Below, one piece after another: positions 27,958 through 34,767 of a stretch of 34,767 bases of DNA (positions within the stretch are counted from its first letter, which is position 1; the number at the start of each line of letters is the position of its first letter). The stretch lies in the NCBI GenBank assembly GCA_021108295.1, contig JAIORF010000102.1:73260-108026 (forward strand), read 5' to 3'. The DNA is from a bacterium. GTDB lineage: Bacteria > Patescibacteriota > Dojkabacteria > SC72. The notes under the pieces were generated by a model that was not told where the DNA came from, did no database searches, and saw only the letters and a program-made list of their open reading frames with translations. The position numbers and the translations under genes were made by a program.

Positions 27958-29277
27958 ATGGAGAAAATACCACCACAAAATGTAGATGCCGAAAGATCAG
28001 TACTAGGATCCATGCTTTTGGATAAGGATGCAGTAATAAATATTTCTGGTTGGTTAAGCCCGCTACACTTCTACGACGACAGACATAGACTGATATATGA
28101 AAATATCCTCTATTTGTTTGAGAATGGTTTACCCATTGATGTAGTTACAATATCGGATCAATTAAAGAAGAAGAAAGTTCTTAAAAAGATAGGAGGTAGA
28201 GCATACCTAGCGGAACTCTCAAGCAGTGTACCAACCGCAGCACACGCTGAAGAGTATGCCAATATTGTAAAAGAAGGAGCTACTAGAAGAGGACTCATAT
28301 CCTCTGCTACAAAGATGATACAGATGGCTTATGACGAGAAGCAAGTAATGCATGAAGTAGTAGATCGATCAGAAAAATTACTCTATGATATTGCTCAAGA
28401 AGGAGTGAAGGCAAATTTTGTACATATTAAAGAATTGCTTAAAGATGCCTACGAAAGAGCTGCAAGTGCTCAGGATTCTGATGAACTAAGAGGAGTATCA
28501 ACTGGATTTAAAGAATTAGATTCATTACTTGGAGGATTTCAGAAGTCAGATTTGATTATTGTAGCTGCTAGACCATCAGTTGGTAAAACTGCTATGGCTC
28601 TTGATATGATAAGACATGCGGCAATACATGAGAAGAAGAATGTAGCATTCTTTTCTCTTGAAATGTCCCAAGTACAGATTATGGATAGGCTGTTAGGTAT
28701 GCAATCTGGAGTACCATTTTGGAAGATTAGAACCAATCAAGTGGGTGATGATGAGGTACTTAAACTCTCTAATACAATGGGGATTATGGCTGACGCAAAC
28801 ATCTTTATAGATGATCAAGCAGGGCAACATATTAATCAAGTACGAACAAAAGCAAGAAGGCTTGCAATGGAAAGGGGAGTAGATATTATCTTCTTAGACT
28901 ACCTTCAACTTATGCGTGGTAATAGTAAAGAGAGTAGAACACTAGAAGTTGCTGAGATATCTCAAGGTCTTAAAAATCTATCCAAGGAGTTGGAGATACC
29001 AATAGTGGCACTGTCTCAGCTATCTCGTGCTATTGAGCAAAGACAGAGTAGGAGACCACAGCTCTCTGATCTTCGAGAATCAGGCTCTATTGAACAAGAT
29101 GCAGATGTAGTGATGTTTATCGATCGAGAAGAAACTTGGAACCCAGACACAGAAAAGAAGGGCCTTGGTGAATTGGTAGTATCCAAGCATAGGAATGGTC
29201 CTACTGGAGTAATAGAACTTGCCTTTGTAAAAGAAATTGCAAGTTTTAGGAATTTGTATAGAGAGAAGAGAAAGTAA
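27958..29277 (+). CDS. dnaB: Replicative DNA helicase
   Basis: PPQNVDAERSVLG, AARPSVGKT, FSLEM, DYLQL, LSQLSR, DLRESGSIEQDAD and KHRNGPTG. Confidence 0.98.
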   Translation: MEKIPPQNVDAERSVLGSMLLDKDAVINISGWLSPLHFYDDRHRLIYENILYLFENGLPIDVVTISDQLKKKKVLKKIGGRAYLAELSSSVPTAAHAEEYANIVKEGATRRGLISSATKMIQMAYDEKQVMHEVVDRSEKLLYDIAQEGVKANFVHIKELLKDAYERAASAQDSDELRGVSTGFKELDSLLGGFQKSDLIIVAARPSVGKTAMALDMIRHAAIHEKKNVAFFSLEMSQVQIMDRLLGMQSGVPFWKIRTNQVGDDEVLKLSNTMGIMADANIFIDDQAGQHINQVRTKARRLAMERGVDIIFLDYLQLMRGNSKESRTLEVAEISQGLKNLSKELEIPIVALSQLSRAIEQRQSRRPQLSDLRESGSIEQDADVVMFIDREETWNPDTEKKGLGELVVSKHRNGPTGVIELAFVKEIASFRNLYREKRK

Positions 29278-29321
29278 AACAGTATTCTCTTTGTATCAAC
29301 TTTTTTGTATAATGACTTGCA

Positions 29322-29405
29322 GGTCGAGTGGTGGAACTGGCAGACACGCGGGACTCAAAATCCCGTGCTAGCAATAGCATGAGGGTTCAACTCCCTCCTC
29401 GACCA
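29322..29405 (+). tRNA. tRNA-Leu (anticodon CAA), CCA not encoded
   Basis: Acceptor GGTCGAG/CTCGACC plus A discriminator, anticodon arm CGGGA-CTCAAAA-TCCCG, long variable arm, T-loop TTCAACT; TATAAT at 29308-29313. Confidence 0.96.
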
Positions 29406-29435
29406 TATATTTATAATAATTTAGTACAAAGAAAT

Positions 29436-30227
29436 ATGAATTTTGAAGAGTTTGTCTTAGGAGCTGTAGAAGGTATTGCAAATGCTGACTACAATCTGCT
29501 TGGTACTGGCTTAGGTATAGTGTCTTTAATCTTTTGGATAGTAGTGATTAGCTGGATATGGGTAGACTCAGGAGAACGAACTACTAGCAAATGGATGAGA
29601 GCCTTCTATGCTTTTATGGGTATAATCCCTATACTAGGGTGGATTATTTATCTAATAGTAAGGCCAGCCGAAACTATAGATGAGATATATTGGGGAGATC
29701 TTGAGAGAAGATATCTTAAATATGAGACATCTGAATTAAGTGATTGTCCAAAGTGTGCAACACAGCTCTATCCAGGCTTCATATATTGTCCTAATTGTAA
29801 GTATGAACTTAAGGTTAAATGTCCTCAATGTGAGGTGTATGTTAATGAAAATCATAAATATTGTACAATTTGTGGCTATCAGATGAAGGAGAAAGTAGTA
29901 AAAGAAGAGATTCCGGATGTAGAGACTATGCAAAGGCAGATAGATGCTACCAAACAAGAGGCTCATCAGCGCGTGAAAGCTAAGAGAAGCCGATACAAGA
30001 TAGAAATGAACTTTGTAAGTAGAATAGGGGGATCTGTGATAAAGGGGTATAAGTTACTCGGTAAGAAAACTAAAAGGCTCTTTGTGAAGAAAAAAGAAAT
30101 TAAGAAACCTGAAGTTAAGCAAGAAGAGAAAAAGGTAGAGCAGAAGCAGGTAAGTCCAGCAGATCAGAGTAAAGCTAAGAAGAAAAAGAGGAGAAAGAAA
30201 AAGTTAAAGAAAAAGAAGAAGAAATAA
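29436..30227 (+). CDS. Membrane protein with double zinc ribbon and Lys-rich tail
   Basis: Start moved to ATG 29436, after the tRNA; two TM helices (YLIVRP), four CxxC motifs and a poly-Lys C-terminus. Confidence 0.85.
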   Translation: MNFEEFVLGAVEGIANADYNLLGTGLGIVSLIFWIVVISWIWVDSGERTTSKWMRAFYAFMGIIPILGWIIYLIVRPAETIDEIYWGDLERRYLKYETSELSDCPKCATQLYPGFIYCPNCKYELKVKCPQCEVYVNENHKYCTICGYQMKEKVVKEEIPDVETMQRQIDATKQEAHQRVKAKRSRYKIEMNFVSRIGGSVIKGYKLLGKKTKRLFVKKKEIKKPEVKQEEKKVEQKQVSPADQSKAKKKKRRKKKLKKKKKK

Positions 30228-30244
30228 GTATATAATAAAAAAGA

Positions 30245-31072
30245 ATGCAGGATGTAATTATTACAATCCGAGAGTCTCTAGTGAATACAAATCCTCTTTG
30301 GGTGTACTTTGTAATCTCAATAGTTGGACTATTCGTATATTGGAGAGGGTGTACTGAAACAAGGAAGGATAGATCCTCAATATTTGACACTTTTTCTATT
30401 TCCATAATAGTTGGATTGATAATAGGTAGAGTATCTTACCTTGTCATTAATTGGTCGCAATACTCTAGGTACTCATGGTATTTTCTACCATATGAGAAAT
30501 ATGGTGACGCTATGTACTTTTTCAGACTACTACCATGGAGATTAATCAGGGTTTGGGACGGTGGACTTACTATCTTTGTTGCTATGGTAGCATTCTTACT
30601 CTTTATCACAATATTAGTAGTCCTTGTTAAAAAATGGAGATGGTATCAGGTGTATTTCCCAATATTCTTCTCTATGATAGCTATGCTAGGTATATCCTTC
30701 GTATATATGGGTATTCTAAATGAAAATACCCTATGGATGATTCAGGGTGGAATTCTTTTTGTAATACCAATACTGTTTTGGTTGGTGTCTAAATTCCTCT
30801 TGGTAAGTATTAAGAATGGGATTAAGAGAAGAAGAGTGTTGGTATATATAGGAGTATTGGTTGTTACACTTACCTCTATGTATATATCGTATAGCTATCT
30901 TTTAGACGATGTCTCCCAGTTTGAGTTTATAGCGGTGATTGCCCTTATCTTTTGGGTAGCCATTATGGACATCTTGTTGATAGTGGATATTAATCGTCCT
31001 AATGTAACTATCGAAAGAGTATCAAGTGTAAGAGCTGTAGATATTGAGATTAACCAACCTATCAAGTTTTAA
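30245..31072 (+). CDS. Prolipoprotein diacylglyceryl transferase (Lgt)-like membrane protein, degenerate
   Basis: GLIIGRVSY and RVWDGGL match the Lgt N-terminal half; the signature GRxGNF is absent. Confidence 0.6.
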   Translation: MQDVIITIRESLVNTNPLWVYFVISIVGLFVYWRGCTETRKDRSSIFDTFSISIIVGLIIGRVSYLVINWSQYSRYSWYFLPYEKYGDAMYFFRLLPWRLIRVWDGGLTIFVAMVAFLLFITILVVLVKKWRWYQVYFPIFFSMIAMLGISFVYMGILNENTLWMIQGGILFVIPILFWLVSKFLLVSIKNGIKRRRVLVYIGVLVVTLTSMYISYSYLLDDVSQFEFIAVIALIFWVAIMDILLIVDINRPNVTIERVSSVRAVDIEINQPIKF

Positions 31073-31073
31073 A

Positions 31074-32045
31074 ATGGAGATTAATATCGATTCACAAAAC
31101 AAAGGAGAAAGAGTAGATAAGTTAGTAATGGAGAGTCTAGAAGGATTAGGGTTTAGACAGGTCAGTAGGAATATGATTAAGGATGATATCTCTTCGGGTG
31201 CTACAGTCAATATGGGGAAGACAAAACCCTCCTACAGACTTAAGGTTGGGGATATCTTAAGTATAGATGAAGAATTTTGGAAGGATTTTTTTCTTGACAA
31301 AGACCTAAGTGAAGGAATTGTGGCACAAAAGGGAGATTTAGACATTCTGTATGAAGATGAATACCTTGTTGTATTATTCAAACCAAAAGGTCTAGTAGTA
31401 CATCCCGGTGTGGGTAACAAAGATGGGACATTAGCTAACCATCTTAAATACTACTTTCAGAGTAAGGAAGAGTTTGATATCAATATGGATAGGGCAGGTA
31501 TTGTACATAGGTTGGATAGAGGGGTGTCTGGGATAATGGTTGTAGCTAAGACCAAAGAAGCACAAGATATACTAAAGGAGCAATTTGCACATAGGGAGGT
31601 AGACAAGCTCTATCTAGCTACAGTAAAGAAGTTTAAAGAAACATCACTTGAATCAATAGAGGATATGAGTCTTGAAGAAATAGTAGAATGTATGAAGTGT
31701 GGGGATGTAAAATACTCGGCATGGTTTGATGCTCAAGGGTATATCGGAAGAGGCAGGACAAATAGGAAGAGAATGGAGTTTAAACTATACGAATTTGCCG
31801 GTTCTAAGAAAGCACAAAGCTATATATTACCAATTAGCAAAGATAAGATATTGATTAAGATAGTAACTGGTCGTATGCACCAAATTAGGGCCACTCTTTT
31901 CTACTACGGTTACCACATTCTAGGGGATGTTCTGTACAATCCTGGAAGTAGGGAGGTTTCTTCTCCAGAGATTATGTTACAATCTATCTATCTAGCCTTT
32001 ACACATCCAATTACCAAAGAGAGGTTACACTTTAGCAAGTTTTAA
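31074..32045 (+). CDS. rluD: RluA/RluD family pseudouridine synthase with S4 domain
   Basis: Start moved to ATG 31074; RVDK..SR (S4), KPKGLVVHP, GIVHRLD and TGRMHQIR. Confidence 0.9.
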   Translation: MEINIDSQNKGERVDKLVMESLEGLGFRQVSRNMIKDDISSGATVNMGKTKPSYRLKVGDILSIDEEFWKDFFLDKDLSEGIVAQKGDLDILYEDEYLVVLFKPKGLVVHPGVGNKDGTLANHLKYYFQSKEEFDINMDRAGIVHRLDRGVSGIMVVAKTKEAQDILKEQFAHREVDKLYLATVKKFKETSLESIEDMSLEEIVECMKCGDVKYSAWFDAQGYIGRGRTNRKRMEFKLYEFAGSKKAQSYILPISKDKILIKIVTGRMHQIRATLFYYGYHILGDVLYNPGSREVSSPEIMLQSIYLAFTHPITKERLHFSKF

Positions 32046-32048
32046 AAT

Positions 32049-33101
32049 ATGTCTACTGCCAAAAAAAGAAAAACGAAGAAACAGACGAAGGGTGATATTA
32101 CAAAAAGGTTGTTAAAAGTCTGGCCATATATATTTCTTGCGTTTGCTATCCTTTTCTTAATATATCGTACAATCATCCTAGTTAGTTTCAAGGTAGATTG
32201 TTCTAATATTCCAACAGATATGCTCTCTAAGGATAGAGGGATGATATCGAATCTCTTTGTCTTTGAGCATGATGGGAGAATAAGTAATATCGAAATACTT
32301 GTTTACAGTAGTGACAAGAAGAATATGTTGGAATTAACCATACCAACTTGGATATATGTGTCCGAAAAAGGAGTTGATGAATTTCCCATATCTTCCTTGG
32401 AGTCAGTAGGGGAATTTCTAAGTTATGGTCTTGGAAAAGAGTATACGGTTAAGTATCTAAGTGATCTACTTGGTATTAAGTTTGATAGCTATGTGTGGTT
32501 AGTAGATAGTAGTGAGAATGTAGAGGAGTTCCAGAAGGATCTTTCGGTATGGAGTATCCTTTTTGATTTTAAATATAATGAGGAACTAAAAGGACATATA
32601 TATTCCAACTTACCTATCATCAATCTAATTACCCAAGTTAATTACATAAATAGTGTAGTGGGAGAGTATGATTATGAACAGTTGGATATGTCAGTCTGTT
32701 GTCTTAAAGAGGTAGTTATTTCAGAGAGTGATAAGCAATTACATTTCGATAAAAGATCTTTTGATAGTGAATTTAGTAAATATATAGACGATTTGGTCAG
32801 TAGAGATGCAGAACGAGAGAGAGTGAATGTAGAAGTTTACAATGCAAGTGATATATCAGGTTTGGCGAGTAAGTATGCCAGAAAGATTAGACATACGGGA
32901 TGTAGGATTCTTAGGTATGATAATGCACCTAAACTTTATGAAAGTACAGTAATATTTGTACCAGAGTTAGAGGGCTATGAGAACTCTTTAGGATTGGTAC
33001 GAGATGTTATGGGAGAGGGAGTAAAACTTAGGTATGAGAGGCCCCAATTTATTACAACAGGTGATATTGTAGTAGTATTGGGTAAGGATCTTTCAGAGTA
33101 G
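32049..33101 (+). CDS. LytR_C-domain membrane protein with degenerate LCP-like N-terminal region
   Basis: Basic N-terminus plus TM helix, LTIP, LSDLLGIKFDSY, VEVYNAS.ISGLA and DIVVVLGKD. Confidence 0.75.
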   Translation: MSTAKKRKTKKQTKGDITKRLLKVWPYIFLAFAILFLIYRTIILVSFKVDCSNIPTDMLSKDRGMISNLFVFEHDGRISNIEILVYSSDKKNMLELTIPTWIYVSEKGVDEFPISSLESVGEFLSYGLGKEYTVKYLSDLLGIKFDSYVWLVDSSENVEEFQKDLSVWSILFDFKYNEELKGHIYSNLPIINLITQVNYINSVVGEYDYEQLDMSVCCLKEVVISESDKQLHFDKRSFDSEFSKYIDDLVSRDAERERVNVEVYNASDISGLASKYARKIRHTGCRILRYDNAPKLYESTVIFVPELEGYENSLGLVRDVMGEGVKLRYERPQFITTGDIVVVLGKDLSE

Positions 33102-33136
33102 TTTCAATTTATACTAATTAAATGTAAAATGTATTT

Positions 33137-34767
33137 ATGATAGGAGCAATACTTACGTTATTACTGTTCTCGTTCTGCTTTATAGCCTTTATCTTTGTTT
33201 ACAAACAGAAGTTCATGTCAGATGATATGGTGGATGTGTATGAAGAGCTTAGGAATCCTGTTGTTATGCAAGTACTTGTCCCAAGAGAAAATGACAAAAC
33301 TCCATTAGCTGCTGAACAAATGTTTGCTTCTTTGCACGGACTATTAGGAGACTTAAGGAAATGCCAGGATGTAGTTAGTTTTGAAGTCATCTCTACTGGG
33401 GAGAAGGGCATTAGATTCTTTATCATTTCTCCGAAGTCTTTGGCCAAGTTTGTGGAGGGGCAGGTATATGCGCAGTATCCCAATGCTGATATTAGGGATG
33501 TACAGGATTATACCTCTGAGAATGGTAAAGAGGGCTCATTTATCACGACTGGTGAAGTGGAATATATTAAAGATTACATATTCCCAATTAAGACATTTAG
33601 GGATTTCGAAGTAGATCCCTTGGCTGCAATTACTGGTGCAATATCGGATCTTAAGGTAGGGGAGAGTGCTTGGATACAGTTTCTAGTAAGGCCTGTGGGG
33701 AATTTCTGGCAGGAGGATTCTAAGAAATATATCTCTGCAATTAGAGAAGGGAAGGATTTGGAGAGTAATTTCTTTAAGAAGCTAGCTAAACTGTTTGAGA
33801 GTCTCGGAAAGGCGCTAGCTAGTGGTGAGGGAGAATCTTCTGGTAAGAAGGAAGTTGTACGGTTAGCTCCGGGTCAGGAGGAAGAGTTGTCCCAGATTGA
33901 GACTAAGATGCTTAAGGTGGGTTTCGAGTTTGTAATTAGGATTGTAACTAAGGCAGATACACAGATTCGTTCAGAGCAGATACTGAGAGATGCTGTTGCT
34001 AGTTTTAAACAGTTTACAACAGCTCATTTAAACAGTTTGTCCTATTCTTTGGAAGAAAGGGAGGCTAAGGTAATATATCAGGATTTCCTTAGTAGAAAGT
34101 TGTCTACTGATATTGTAGATATTATCAATATTGAGGAATTGGCCTCTCTTTTCCATATGCCAAATATCTCTGTAGAGACTCCCAATATTGCATGGAGTAG
34201 ATCGAAGAAGTTGGAACCTCCTATGGATTTGCCGGTAGCTACTGATTATGGTGTCTCAATATTCGGGGAGACTGATTACAGGGAGCAGAAAATAGAGTTT
34301 GGTATTAAGCCACAGGATAGGCAGCGTCATTTCTATCTTCTTGGTAAGACTGGTGTAGGTAAATCTACGCTTTTTAAGAATATGTTTATCGCAGATGTTT
34401 TGCGTGGGGACGGTGCCTGTTTTGTAGATCCTCACGGTGAGGTAGTAGAGGAGCTTTTAGATCATATCCCCCCAGAGAGAATAGATGATGTTGTATATTT
34501 CGATCCTACAGATATTGATCATCCTGTTGGTTTTAATTTACTAGAACTTAAGGATAAGTCGCAGAGGGATTTAATAGCGGATGGTGTAGTAGAGGTGTTT
34601 AAGAAGCACTTTGGTGACTCTTGGGGTCCTAGATTACAATATCTTCTTACTAATGCTGTAGCCACTCTTCTAGAGGCACAGAATACTACACTTCTCGCCG
34701 TTATTAGAATCCTTATAGATAAGAATTTTAGGAAGTTCATATTGAAGCAGGTAAGTGATCCAATTCT
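33137..34767 (+). CDS. Partial VirB4/TraG/HerA-like membrane-anchored ATPase (runs off the right edge)
   Basis: Not in the ORF track. ATG 33137 begins MIGAILTLLLFSFCFIAFIFVYK; in-frame HFYLLGKTGVGKST (Walker A, 34328-34369), FVDPHGE (from 34421) and SWGPRL. Confidence 0.88.
   Translation, partial: MIGAILTLLLFSFCFIAFIFVYKQKFMSDDMVDVYEELRNPVVMQVLVPRENDKTPLAAEQMFASLHGLLGDLRKCQDVVSFEVISTGEKGIRFFIISPKSLAKFVEGQVYAQYPNADIRDVQDYTSENGKEGSFITTGEVEYIKDYIFPIKTFRDFEVDPLAAITGAISDLKVGESAWIQFLVRPVGNFWQEDSKKYISAIREGKDLESNFFKKLAKLFESLGKALASGEGESSGKKEVVRLAPGQEEELSQIETKMLKVGFEFVIRIVTKADTQIRSEQILRDAVASFKQFTTAHLNSLSYSLEEREAKVIYQDFLSRKLSTDIVDIINIEELASLFHMPNISVETPNIAWSRSKKLEPPMDLPVATDYGVSIFGETDYREQKIEFGIKPQDRQRHFYLLGKTGVGKSTLFKNMFIADVLRGDGACFVDPHGEVVEELLDHIPPERIDDVVYFDPTDIDHPVGFNLLELKDKSQRDLIADGVVEVFKKHFGDSWGPRLQYLLTNAVATLLEAQNTTLLAVIRILIDKNFRKFILKQVSDPI

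Noticed and set aside
27958-29277. Possible intein in DnaB
   Set aside because: The 439-aa length is normal and the motifs are contiguous.
29328-29435. ORF-track N-terminus MVELADTRDSKS
   Set aside because: This is a translation of the tRNA-Leu gene; the real start is likely 29436.

Overview
A dense, AT-rich bacterial chromosomal window using the standard code, with about 32 CDS, 2 tRNAs, and no integrase, transposase or CRISPR array visible. The gene content points to a Patescibacteria/CPR genome, plausibly Dojkabacteria (WS6); this is inference from the archaeal-type AMP-pathway genes, the absence of rplI after rpsR or before dnaB, and CPR-style membrane and VirB4-like proteins. Housekeeping genes are tRNA-Ser(TGA), tRNA-Leu(CAA), cca, ychF, rpsF-ssb-rpsR, rpmE-prfA-prmC, dnaB, an RluD-like synthase and CtpA/HtrA proteases. 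Most notable observations: (1) a cca / beta-CASP RNase / ribose-1,5-bisphosphate isomerase / AMP phosphorylase cluster with no RuBisCO in the window; (2) a 24/25-identical intergenic motif (AGTTCAT direct repeat, 11-bp period, 10 bp before a -10-like hexamer) in front of that cluster and in front of ssb; (3) -10 hexamers 6-10 nt before many ATGs with no Shine-Dalgarno site, suggesting leaderless expression; (4) an apparent saw-tooth G/T versus A/C strand gradient; (5) several apparently catalytically degenerate homologs (GlmL-like, MBL-fold, Lgt-like, LCP-like); (6) a partial VirB4/HerA-like ATPase at the right edge that is missing from the ORF track. All family assignments come from motif recognition by eye, not from database searches.
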